Assembly: GCA_964016885.1 (NCBI GenBank)
Contig: OZ024760.1
Location: forward strand, 14,508,001-14,572,000
Direction of reading: 5' to 3'
Source of the DNA: Eledone cirrhosa
Lineage: Eukaryota
Length of the DNA: 64,000 nucleotides
Both the position numbers and the translations under genes were made by a program. The first letter of the stretch is position 1. Each line of letters starts with the position of its first letter. Under the pieces are notes generated by a model. The model saw only the letters and a program-made list of their open reading frames with translations, searched no databases and was not told where the DNA came from. Positions 27,269-41,498 of the stretch are shown here, piece after piece.

Positions 27269-29624
27269 AATTGAGTTTGAATTATTTATATATATATATA
27301 TATATATATTTGACAAGTATGTTTTGAACAGCGAGCAAGTTTGAAAATAGAAATAGAAGCATTTACCATGTTTTTTACTAAAGAAATTTTAGCCTGACAG
27401 TGGGGTTTAGAGCCCTTTAAGAAATGGAAAAAGATGAGTATTGATGTACAATACTCATCTTTTTCCATTTCTTAGAAGGTTCTAAACCCCACTGTCAGGC
27501 TATATTTATTTATTTATATACAATATATGACATTCGTGCATCATCATCATCATCATCATCACAATATTAAGCCTTTTCGCTATGTTGGAAAGGTTTGGAT
27601 GGGTTGTCACAGTCCGAGAGTAGACAGATTAGAAAATGACATCTTGCTCAAATAAGTAACTCTAAGCAGGGATGTATTAACCATTAAGTAAAATAAGCAC
27701 ATTCTTAAGGGTTCTATAGAGTTTTTTTCATATACAGTAAGAATGGTCTTTTGTATTAATGCTTCCATCATAAATTTATATAAAAATACCTTTGTTAATA
27801 CTTTTAATATCGAATTACCTGAAACCACAACTGGTTTGATGATGCTTATTTAAACCCTATAGCATAGAATCGAACTTACAACCTGTCAATTGCAAGCCCA
27901 ATGCTCTAACTACTAAGCCATGCGCCTTCACTAGGGCAGCAAGAAACTGGAAGAAAATCCTATAGGCGAGATGTGTGAATCTGGTGCTCTATTTAAACTT
28001 GTCAAGATGAGGAAATAAAAAGAGGAAAGCTATTCAAATCAATTCCCATGATAATATTTATAAAAAAAGCATCGAGAGGTAACAATACAATTGTAGAGTT
28101 GGGCCGCTGACTGCAAAGTTCTTGTCATCACTGGTGGCTCACCTTACTGAGGTGTCAGGTGATGCCCGTGAGGATGCCTGGTTATTTCAGCGCGTTAGCC
28201 TTGCCATCACCCGTGATAATGCTGCAAGCATATTGGCTTGCCTCAAAGTGTTTAGTTAACCCCCATGCGGCCGATTATCGCACTTGGTGGTGAATTGCCA
28301 CTCACCTCCTTTTTTTTTTCTTTCCTTCATCATTATTGTTCAATGAATTATATTATTATATTTTTATACACGGTTTAGACATTATATTTGTAATATTCTT
28401 CTGAACGAGTTGCGAGCATTTTATAATGTTATTTACGCATTTTTAATGTCATTTATGTATACTAGCAAATAAATCACCCGAAGTATGGTTTTTCTGCTAG
28501 CATGTGTAGTGTGCATATTGATATTATATGCACACTACACATGCCACTTTATAGTGAGTACTGAGTGCTTTTTGTTGTGACCCCAACACTACCACTTTAC
28601 AGTGGGAGGAGGTGGGGGCATACTGTCTGTGGGTCTTCTGTATACAAAGATGAATGTATACAGAAGAAGAAATATATAAGATACTTTCAAACATGAAAGA
28701 TTTTCTGGCATAACAGAGCGAACCCACTTTCTAGGCAGCAGACTTGGCAATAGATGTGATATAATCATTCCAGCTCAAATCAGTGTAAAATATCAGACCA
28801 AGAATGTGTATAGAGTTGTTCTATTGGAGGATATGATTAGCCATACTAATGGAAAGCAAAAGTGGTTCTCTATGGCAATTAAAAAAGAGCATTTTAGTCT
28901 CAGAACTAGAGATCAAAGGTCATGTTCAAGATCAGCTGTCAATTCAACTTTATCAAATACTAGCATAAGAACCCGTCGTTGCCGGGCACACCTTTAACCA
29001 GTGTAAATAAAGATCCCCCTTTCTCCTCAATGTTGCCATCTTCAAATTGCCCTAGAACTCTGCTATTTTAGGGAAGAGCAAGATTTAAACTATATGTTGA
29101 CATGCTCTGGGAGCTAAATAACCTATGTATCAAATTTGAACAAAATCAGATGGAAAGTGTGGAAATGCATTGGCTACATACAGACAGAGATTTTCATTTT
29201 TATATATATAGATATCAGACTTACCAGATGTTCTGTTCCACTCAAGGAATGCAGACAGCCAATCAACTGTGTAGTTTGGTTGTATGTAAGGACTCTGAGA
29301 CAGGTCATTTGACATGGCTTCTAGAGCATCCATATGCTCCACATATCTAATATCTTCTGGAAAAACACACACATATATAGAAATGGCAACATAAATGGAC
29401 AGGTTATTTTTCTCTAAAAACATTTTTTCCGATTCCGCCCTGCCTGTCCCTTCATTCTTTCTAATTTCTCATTCTTTCTTCTGATGAAGGACTAAAGTCC
29501 GAAACGTTGAAACCCTCTTAATGCTAATTCAAGTGTTAAACTAATATATTCCTTCCATATACTGAACCGTTTGTGTTGTTATTTCTGTTTACCTTTTACA
29601 TACATATATATATATGTATATATA

Positions 29625-29682
<58 letters not shown>

Positions 29683-32600
29683 TATGTGTGTGTGTGTGTG
29701 TGTATATATCACCTTGATCACCTTGACTGACCAGCCTGTCGGGCGCCATCCGGCGCCGCTGGTCACAGCCCATGCTGTTTTAGCCATACGATGATGCCAT
29801 CCCACTGGCTGGGCGGGCAGGCCGTAAGTCTAAACTCATGGCGTGAAGCGACTGAGAGTACAAGACTCCCCCTGGACAGGACCACAGTCCATCGCAGGGT
29901 TAAACCTCCAGCTATTGCTGGTACTCATTTTCAGCTGAGTAAACTGGAGCAACGTGAAATAAAGGTGTCTTGCTCAAGGAAACAACAAATCACCCGATCC
30001 GAGAATTGAACTCACAACCTTTCGATTGCAAGCCTACTACTCTAACCACTAAGCCATGTGCCTTCACTGTGTGTATATATATATATATATCCTCTGGGGT
30101 TAGGATATGCCTATGAGAAATGCAACCTTCAGTCTCCAGGATGTATGGTAGAATTTCAATATTTTAGGAAGAAAACAGCGTCTTCGATACCAGGAAATAT
30201 GGTATGTAGATCCTGAGTAATATTGGGGGATAACCACAGTTAAAAAAGGTACTCAATACATTAGTAGAGTGTAAGTATTTTTATTTAATATAGAAATACT
30301 TCTACAGGACTAGAACTGTTTCATCCGTATGAAATCATCAGGATATTCTTGATGATTCATATGTAGAGGTATTTATATATATAGATAGAAGTATATATAT
30401 ATATGTAGAGTTATATATATATATATATATATATAAGAACAAAGGGGAGGTGTTACATAGGAGATGTTTTGTTTATAACGTTTATTGTCTTGTAACGCTT
30501 GTTATATGTGTGTCCGTTGGATTCTATATGCTTGTTTGTCTCTGGCTGGTACGTCCACAGATTTGATGTGATATTTGTTGTGTTAACATTGGTCTGAGGA
30601 TGAGGCAGACTTGGAGACTTGTCTGGGATGACTCCCAGATCATGAGCCGACTGCTTGAGAAACATTTGTAACAGGGTTGAGCAATAAATCTCTTATGTAA
30701 CACCTCCACTTTGTTTTTATTATATACACTCTGATCAGCATCGAGTGCTGACCTTGGTACTCTCACCAGTTTTCTTTGGACTTACTGAATCTTTTGCATG
30801 TATATATATATATATATATATATACATGCAAAAGATTCAGTAATATATATATACATATATATAACGAGATAAGCAAGAACCGGAGAAAATTTTTCTTCAA
30901 TTTACTCATATATATATATATATACATATATATATAAAACAAACAAAATGTGTATGTGCATACATATATGCATGTGCATACATATATGTATGTGCATACA
31001 TATATGCATGCACAAAATGCACAATGTTTCAAAGATTGGAGGATATGCAAGAATCAATGTTGATGAGGAAACTTACTACAATAAACACCAACTTCATGTA
31101 ATAGAAAATACTTCTCATTGTTTATGAAGTAGCGGTAGTAGTGAGAATTGGTTGGATACATCACTCTCTGCCAGTTGTTATTTGTCTGCAGTTGAGTTAT
31201 ATTCCAGGAGCAGAAACCCACCATTATAAGTGTCACCAATATAACTGCTGCCTAACAAAGGCCAAAGAAATTGAAAACATTTTTTTAAATAAAAAATAAA
31301 AGTAAAAATTAAATAAATTGGGAGTTTGAAAGCTATGACAATGTGGGTTTGGACGGAGAAACAGAGTTTACTGGGTGAACAAAAGGATTGAATCAAAGTG
31401 ATAAACACTAACCTTAACAGGTTTTCTGCAAAGGATTTTCGTTGCAAAGGTAGAAAATACTGTACTCAGCAGATCCTTTTTACTGCATTCGTTTGGAGTG
31501 TAATCGGTGTGTTTGTAACAACAAAACAGTCCATCTCGGTTGTCGAGAATTCTCCTTAAATCTATAGACACACAGCTTGCAAAAAATGTAATTTGCATCA
31601 AATAGATAAGCAGAATTCCAATGCAGTTGTAAAGACAAAACGTACGAAGACCTGGAAATGCCTAGATGAACACAAAAACACAACTACATATAGTTAAGAG
31701 CATGCTGTAGTTTGCATAGAGGAAGGTGAAGAAAAAAAATAGTGTTTTTCAGAAGGCTACTGTAATGCAAAAAGGACATTAAAATATGCCAGCATAAGAA
31801 TAATACAAGGTATCCCACTCTGATGTAGATGCCTTAACTCTACTTTTGATGAAGGCATTCTATCCTGGAATATTAAGGATTAATTAAAACTTTACCATTT
31901 ACATTACTCAACATTTATTATTGTATTTTCACAGTAAAGGCTTTATCTCACATAATTATCTCACATAACATCTCACATAACATTTGCATTACTCTACATT
32001 TACTATTGTATTTTCACAGTAAAGGCTTTATCTCACATAATTATCTCACATAACATTTACATTACTCTACATTTACTATGGTATTTTTACAGTAAAGGCT
32101 TTATCTCACATAATTATCTCATATAATATCTCACATAAATTTACATTACTCTACATTTACTATTGTATTTTCACAGTAAAGGATTTATCTCACATAATAT
32201 CAAAGCTATGAGCTTTTAATGTTATTTATTTTGAGAACAATACATTAACATTGGTATGAGCAACCAATTACAGAAGGGGGGGGGGGAATTCTGGCTGGAT
32301 GCGGCTGGTTTAAATGCTAAAGGGTTAAGCACCTCCAAGGTAAAATTCCTACAACTTTGTTAATGTTATTTTTAACAGACAACATTCTATTTGAATTGCT
32401 GTTTCCATCCGAAAACCCCCTCACTAAATTATACACCACATGCTGTATTACAAAATGAAAAAAAAACGAAATTTACAGCTCCCATCTATGCAGATTTAAC
32501 TGATCTTCTACAAGGCAGTATCTTGTAGGAGGTTTTAGGGTGTTTTAATGATAGGGACCCCAGTTCTATCATGCTGTTGTTACAGCTCACACCTATGCAG

Positions 32601-35600
32601 GTTTAGCTGAATTCTTACAAGGTTGCATCTGATAGAAGGTTTCTTGGGTGTTCTCATGATTGGGACCCCAGTCCTATTATGCTGTTGTTACAGCTCACAC
32701 CTATGCTTTTCATCATAGGAATTCTAGTCCTATCATGAAAAGCAACATCAAGTGTCTCGTTGAAGAACACAACATGCCACACAGCCCAACAACCTAACTA
32801 CTAGGTCACACACCTTACAATCATATATGTACATGTAACACTCTGTAATGATTTAGGAAAAAATCATTTATTAAAAAAATGTTTGTTAATTCAAATGTTT
32901 ATAGTATCTTTACTACTGGACAGATTGTGGTGAAAATGTGCAGTTATAGTGTAAAGATATTAATTTTAAATGTGATGCAGTCATAGTGTCACTTTGCATT
33001 TTTTCAGAATGTCTTGTTAATGTTGTTTCATGTGGTTCGTTAATTAAAATGTGTATAGTATCTTTACAAGTGGACAGATTGTTGTGAAAATATACAGTTT
33101 TAGTGTAAAGACATTAATTTTTATGTGATGCAGCCACAATACTGTTTTATATTTTTCAACCATGTCTTGCCAATGTGGTTTCATGTGGTTTGTTTATTAA
33201 AATGTTTATAGTATCTTTACTAGTGGACAGATTGTGATGAGAATTTCAGGGTAAAGACCTTAATTTGTTTATGTGATACAGTCATAGTGTAGCTTTTGCA
33301 CTTTTCAAGAATGCCTTGCTAATGTGGTTCCATACAACTACAACAATACAACAACAACAATACAAACAACAACAACAACAATACAAACAACTAGAGTAAC
33401 TACAACAACTTACTGAAGTAGCTCCGATTGCAAAAGCAATGATGTCACTGAGTGTTGTGATAGTGATAGAAACACCAGCATGTTTCATAATGAGACCAAT
33501 CTGTTCATGCACAGGACGATCTTTTTCCAATGCTGATAAGTTGTTCAGTGCTCCAAGAATCACAAACATGTCATCAATACCAATCCCTAAAGTCAAATAG
33601 ATAAATAAATTCATTTAAAAGAATTAAGAAACCATGTAAAGGGGTTGGCATAAAAAGGAGCATACAGCCATAGCATACATGCATGACCCCGTAACTCTTG
33701 AGGTCTGGTTTCTAGGGCATTTTTAAACCTGGCAGAGCCCGTCTTCTTTCCAGATATGAATACAGTAGATTTCTTCCAGAGAAGGCTAGAGAGTGAGAGA
33801 AAGATAGGAGATATAGAGAGAGAGGAAGAATTGACACTAGTACTAGACTGGTCCCTTTATTTTGACCTTAAATGAAAGAAAGGCAAAGTTGACCTCGGCA
33901 CGATTTGAACTCAGAGAGCAGAGAGTCGGAACGAATACTGCAAAGAATGCTATCTGACATTCTAACAACTCTGCCAATTCACCACCTCTATCCAGCCATA
34001 GAAACCACACCAAATAAGGATAGAGCAGACATCTAAGGCATGACAAACTCTCTAGGAAGGGTATCCAGCTCTAGAAACCACAGTAAGTAAGGGCAGAAAG
34101 GACAATCCAGTTGTGTCAAGGATATGAGAACCTCTCTAGTGCTAGTACCATGATTAAATGCACCCAGTACACACAGTCATATAATTGTCATTAAGAAGGG
34201 CATCCATTAATAGAAACCACATCAAATAAAGGTGGAGAAAGCTCTTCAGTTGTGTCAAAGATATAACATTTTCCTTAGTGCTGATGCCACTATAAAATGC
34301 ACCTAGTGCACCCTGAAAAGTGTTAGTGAGAAAAGAGGGACTTACCAAGAAGCAAAAGGGCTAAAACTCTATTTAGGATTCCATAATTGATGTTCAATAA
34401 GCCACCAATACCAAGTGTAGTGAAGTACCCAATTCCAATACACATGATACCAACAAAAGCTAGGCCTATCTGGAATAAAGGTACAAACAGAAGTCATAGG
34501 TATATATCTCTTTTAAATATGTTACTTATTCATTTTTTTATTTATTTTCTGGTTTGCATTAGTGTTAGTTTTAGGATTAGGATTAAGGTTAGGGTTAGAT
34601 TTAATATTAGTGTTAGAGGGAGGATTATAATTAGGTTAGCATTAATGGTAGGCTTTGGGTTAGAGGGTTGAGCGAATTGTAGGTTTAGGGTTGGTTAGAG
34701 ATAATGTTAATAGTATGGTTAAAGTAAGAGTTAGGGATAGAGTTAGCACTAGGGGTAGAGTTTGGGTTAGGGTTAGGGCTAGTGCTAATGAAGTAGAGTT
34801 AAGGCTAGAGTTAAGATTAGGTTTAGAGTTCAGATTAGAGGTAGTATTAGGATATAATTATGACACCAGCACCATACAATTGTGTAAGAGGGTTAAGCTT
34901 AGAGTCAGGTTTAAGGTTAAGGCTAGTGTTGGGTTTAGATCAGGCATGGGCAACCTTTTTCAAGAAGTGGGCCGCATGAGATATGGCTCATCATTAGGCG
35001 GGCCGCAAACGCTAACTTACATTCATGCCCACATTAAAAAAAAAAGGGTGGTAACTCAGGTTGTTTTGATTTGTTTCCTCAGAATTTGTACACATTGTTT
35101 TCCTCAATCGTAAAAATGATAGAAAGATAAATTACGACTGAAAAGTTGGTGTAAAAAAATGAGAAAGATTTCACTTAGGTGACTTAGGCGAGCCATTCAG
35201 AAAGCTTTGCTGGCCACATGTGGACCACAGGTTGCCCATGACTGGTTTAGATTAAGGTTAGAATGAAGCAGGGTTAAGAATGGTGTAAGGTTTAGCCTTA
35301 AGTTTACAAGTACAGTTAATGATAGGGTTACAGTTAAGGTTAGTGGTAGAGTTAGAGGTTAGGGATAGTGTTCAGGTTATAGGTAGCATTAGGATATAAA
35401 TATGACACTAGCACCATACATTTGTCCACCAGGGTTAAGGTTAGTGATAGAGTTAGAACTAAGGTTAGGGTTAGTGGTAAGTTTAGGGCTAGGGTATAAA
35501 GATGAGAGCAGCAGCATACTTTTTGATCAAGAAGGTTACATCTTCCGAGACAGATTATGATGTAAATTCCCATAATACTGTATCCAATGAGTACAAACAT

Positions 35601-36515
35601 GATGTCTTCTTTAAAGGCTGTGCCATACTCAGTGAAGTCACTGCAAATAGAATATTATAGAAGAAACTGATTTGCCAAACACCTAAGGGACATACGACTA
35701 GGTAAAGACACCCCTGTCACTTGTCACTTCCATTTCCCCAACCACTCTACTCTAACAGCTCACTGTCTCAGGCCTCCTTTCACTCTACGGATCCACAGCC
35801 ACTCACAGCAGGACCGAGCAGAACTTAATTTTCTGCCATGGAACCACTTTTCCAAATAGACTCAATTACCCCCCCCCCCACACACACACACATACAATTC
35901 CTAAAACCTTCCATTACCCTTGCTCTCACACACAAACACACACACATATATACATACTCACAACTCCAGCCATCACACAATACACACCCACATTTACAAC
36001 ATCCATATATACCACCCAACACACATCTACTTCTGCACACACACAACCATCAATCCTACACTTACTGATGCATGCACATATATGTACACATGGCCACACA
36101 GACCAGCGACACACATTACAGTCCTAACATCCGTGTGTGCTTGTATCTCTTGCGCACTTATCTGTGCTCGTGTGGCACCCAGTGCTGTGGCTGTGCCATC
36201 AGCAGTGTTGAATGTTTCCTCCATCCTCACTACTTCCCATGCACTTAATGACTTCACACCTTCCAGCTTAGCTGTTTATGGTTGTACCACCGTATTGTCA
36301 CATCTGAAACAATGCAGCTTCTTTTACAACCATACCACATAATGAGATATCCAGGCCATGACCATATTCACTACCTCCTCTTTTCTACACAGACCCTCTC
36401 GGCTGCTACTATGTGTATTCTTGTACATCCCTTTACTTGGTCAGTACACATGCTTATGCTTACTCACATATCCATACTCTCACAACAGCCATATATATGT
36501 ATATCATATACACAC

Positions 36516-36552
<37 letters not shown>

Positions 36553-37431
36553 CATACACACATATATATATATACACATATATATATATATACACATATA
36601 TATATATATATACATACACACATATATATACACATATATATACATATATATATATACATACACATATATATACTCATATATATACATATATATACATACA
36701 CATATATATACTCATATATATACATATATATATATATACATACACATATATATACTCATATATATACATATATATATATATATATACATACATATACATA
36801 TATACATATATAAACACATATATACGTATATACAGAAATAAACACATATATACACATATATATATATATATATATGTACATATATATATACATATATATA
36901 CACACATATATATATATATATATATACACATATATATATATACATATATATACATATAAACACATATATACATATATATACATATATACACACATATACA
37001 CACATATATATACATACACATATAAATACATATATACACGCATATATACATATATCTACATATTAATACGCTCGTACCGTATGTCCGACTGTGTGTGCCA
37101 CGCTTTCAGTAATATAAATAAAAGTCGAATGACGTCCGTGAGCCGTGCTAAAACAATGGAAGGGGGGTGGTAAACAATCTACGAAAATCTACGGAGAAAG
37201 AAAATCAAAGAGCATTGCAACGTTTGGAAAGGAGAGAGAGATGGGGTTATAACATATTTAGAGAGAGGGGGCTATAATATAGAGAAAGGGATGGGTTATT
37301 ATATATAGAGAGAAGGGTGTTATAATATATATATAGAGAGAGGGGGTTAGATATATATATATATAGAGAGAGGGTGTTATAATATATAAGAGGGGGGGGG
37401 GTATCTTTCTCAACGCCGGGTTATTCAGCTA

Positions 37432-37471
<40 letters not shown>

Positions 37472-38062
37472 GTTTACATATACATAAAGTCATAGATATA
37501 TATGTTGCAACCAGTCACGTTGTGGCTCTATGAAGAATTAATAAATTAAATAAGCAGAGCAATATATCAGAAATTATGTCCTTAGAATTATTAGATAAAA
37601 TATATTCTTTCTAACTTGACCACTGCCACGTCACGATTCTTAGCCATTTTTTAATCTATTTTTGGCGCGATCACTTTGGAAAACTAAATGTATAATTTCG
37701 AGTTTGTCTCCTGATGAATCCGATACTCCAGACACATCCTATTAATTGGATGTCTAAAAATACGGATGCAACCATGGTAGAGATATAATTACGGTATGTA
37801 CACATTTCTTCTAAGTTTGAATTTGCGCCTAATTGTGTATGGTTGATGTTATATTTAGTCAGTTTCTACATGCTGTTGAAATGTTGGATAAATACTCTAT
37901 AGGGGCCACCGCGAAGAGGCCGCTTTCGGTTATTTGTCGGAAATTTCTTCATAAGAGCCTTTATTCTTATAGCTTGGTCTAATTGATTTTTTATATGGTT
38001 AATTATGCTAATTGGGAGAGGAAATGGTATATATTTTATCTAATAATTCTAAGGACATGATT

Positions 38063-38138
<76 letters not shown>

Positions 38139-38205
38139 CTAGGGAGTGTAACTTGGAGTTACTGCAGGTTCACCCATGAGTAACCAATCGTCCTTGTTAT
38201 CTTTT

Positions 38206-38243
<38 letters not shown>

Positions 38244-38460
38244 TGGACACTGGAATAGTTCCTTTATTTTCCTCAGAAGAAGAGATATTAATCCCGAAAT
38301 ATCAGGACATATGAATAAATTAAGATAAAAAAACAAACCTTGTTTCTTACAACATAATTATTTCCATCCAACTCGGACTGTCGTGGCTTTCAAACTTCGA
38401 ATTCTTTACATGTATATATGTATATGTACATAAAGAGAGAGAGAGAGAGAGGGAGAGAGA

Positions 38461-38553
<93 letters not shown>

Positions 38554-41466
38554 CTCATCAGCATTTTACATCTGCTTTTCTATTGTCTGAAGAGATGAAA
38601 GTGCCAAGTTGAGATTGATAGTATACACAGTCTCAGATTGCCAAAAGACAGAGCAAAAACCACAGTGCATGCCATGTCATGCTCTCCCTACCAACTCAGT
38701 CAATAAATGTTGATAATATCAATGAATACTTACTAGTAAGTGTATGTATACAGTTCTTTGAAGCGTGTTGGATTGGAATTGAACATTCCAGAAAATTTCC
38801 TCTGCCATTTCCAAGCCTGAGAGAGATAATAATAATAATAATAATAATAATATACACAATAGACCTGACCTGGTGGTTTTGGACAAGGGAAAAAGATTGT
38901 ACCTGATTGTGGATGTAGCCTGCCCATTCGACACGAGAGTGCAAGAGAAGGAGAGGGAGAAAATTAACCGATACCAGGACTTAAAGTGGGAGGTAAAAAG
39001 GATTTGGAACTGCCATGAAGTCAAAGTGGTCCCGATTGTCATAGGTGCACTAGGTACTATTTCAAAGAGTTTCCAAGGATGGTTAAAGAAAATTGGTCCC
39101 ACCCACTTTTTGGAACACTTCAAAAGGCATGCTTGCTGGGAACAGCAAGAACCCTCCAATACGTCCTGAATATCTGAGGCTGCAGGTAGTGGCTTGATAT
39201 TCATTTCAACAAACTTTCCAGTTAAATAACATCAATGACTGAGACTCAAAGAACAATAATAATAATAATAATAATAATAATGGTTTCTTATATAGGCACA
39301 AGGCCAGTAATTTGGGGGGAGGGGATAGTTGATTAAATCGACCCCAGTGCGTGACTGGTATTTTATTTTATCGACCCCATAAGGATGAAAGGCAAAGTTA
39401 ACCTGGGTAGGATTTGAGCTCAGATCATAAAGAGCCGTAACTCTATGCTGCAAAGCATGGCGTCCGACCCTCTACCGATACTGCCAATCCACCGCCCTTA
39501 ATAATAATAATAATAAAAATAATTGTTTCTACTTTTGGCACAAGGCCAGTAATTACACCAGTGCATTACTGGTACTTTATTTTATCAACCACGTAAGGAT
39601 GAAAGGCAAAGTTAACCTCGGCGGGATTTGAACTCAGAATGCAAAGGGTCATAACTTTATGCTACAAAGCATAGTGTCCAACACTCTACCGATTCTGCCA
39701 TAATAATACAAAAAGAAAACATTAAAGACAGCACAGGATGGCACGAGAAAACAATTTGACTAAAAAAATTCAAACAAAAGAAAATTCCCCAATAGGGAGT
39801 TGGGGAGACTTATGAAGGTCACTTGTGGAGCCCACAAATAGCCCACAAATAGCTATGGTCAGCACCCTGACTGCTAGGCCAAGTTCAACCTCCCAGTTGT
39901 CCTGCAATCTACATGTGCACACTCAAAGAAGGCCCATTCACTCAGGCCATGCTCAACTCTCTTCTCTTTCCCTCACTTTCCTTCTCTGGAAGAAATTGGC
40001 TGTGTCCACACCTGGAGAGGAGATCAGCTTTGTCAGGTTTAAAATGTACAAAAAAAAACCCTGTATGTCAATACAGTGCCCCTATGATTCCATCTGGAGT
40101 TATGTGTCAATGCATACATGTATATATATATATATAGTTATGTAATAAACAACATAAGGCAATTATTTCATTTACCAGTGGTTTCTTGAAAGCAAACAAA
40201 TTTTGCTTTCAATCATCAGAATGAAAAAATCCTGGTATATTTATTGACATTGGATTTTAAAAACCATTCATACATATATATATATATGAATATTTTTTTA
40301 AATTTTATATACAGGACTAGAACTGTTTCATTTATATGAAATCATTAGAACATTCCTAATGATTTTCAAAGGCGATGACACTGGACCATGATCTCTGGCA
40401 CTATGCAATAATAAGAAGATCTGCCTTCTCATACGCATGAGCTGAGGCATACATCTAGTATGCACCACTTTCCCTCCCATGTTGAAATCACCCCCACCCC
40501 TAGATCTACCTCCCCAATACCCATACATCTCCCCACCCAAGTCCCCAATCCACACCATATAGCAGTCAGCCTGAAACCATGACAATACGCGCCCAGACCA
40601 CACTGTAAAGTGGTTGTGTTGGTGACACAAAAAGTGCCCAGTCTATGCTGTAAAATGGTTGTATAGGTGTCACAACAAAAAGCACCCTGTTCACGCTGTA
40701 AAGTGGTCATGTAGGTGTCACATCAAAAAGCATCCAGCCCACACTGTAAAGTAGTCGTGTAGGTGTCATGACAAAAAGCGCCCAGTACTCACTGTAAATA
40801 TGATAAGTGTAGGGAAGGGCTTCTAGCCATAGAAATCAAGCAAACATCAGTTCTGTATGAGCAAAACACGGTCCTCTGACCTGGCTGTCTCACAACAGGA
40901 TATCATGTCTAACCTGTGCTAGCGTGGAAAATGGACATTAAACAATGATGATGATGATGAAACAGTTCTAGTCCTGTAGAAATGATTTCTATATATAATA
41001 TAAAAAATGCCTATACTCTACCAATGTATTGAGTACCTCTTTTAACTGTAGTTACCCCCTGACACAACTCGGGTATCTATGTATCATATAAATATATATA
41101 ATGTATATGTATGTATATGGCATCGCGCAGTAATACAGAAGACGCGACTTCCCACGGGTACAAGACAAAGCTGAAGCATATAGACAATATGCCCCCCCAA
41201 ACACACACACACTCCAAAGTAGTCATGGAGGTGTTATGGCAAAAAAGCACCCAGTCCACACTGTAGAGTGAATGTGTAGGCGCCACGGAAAAAAAGCACC
41301 CAGTACTCACTGTAAATGAGGTTGGTGTTAGGAAAGGCATCCAGCCGTAGAAAACAAGCCAGAATCAGTTCTAGTATGAGCAAGACAAGGTCAGCCGACC
41401 AGACACTGTTCACAACAGGACAACCTGTCTAACCCATGCTAGCATGGAAGAACGGACATAAGACAG

Positions 41467-41498
<32 letters not shown>

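Noticed and set aside
40176-40231. 56-nt AG/GT-bounded candidate exon ([18 protein letters not shown]) between exons 5 and 6
   Set aside because: Inclusion shifts the frame; exons 5 and 6 already join in phase 0. At most a poison exon.
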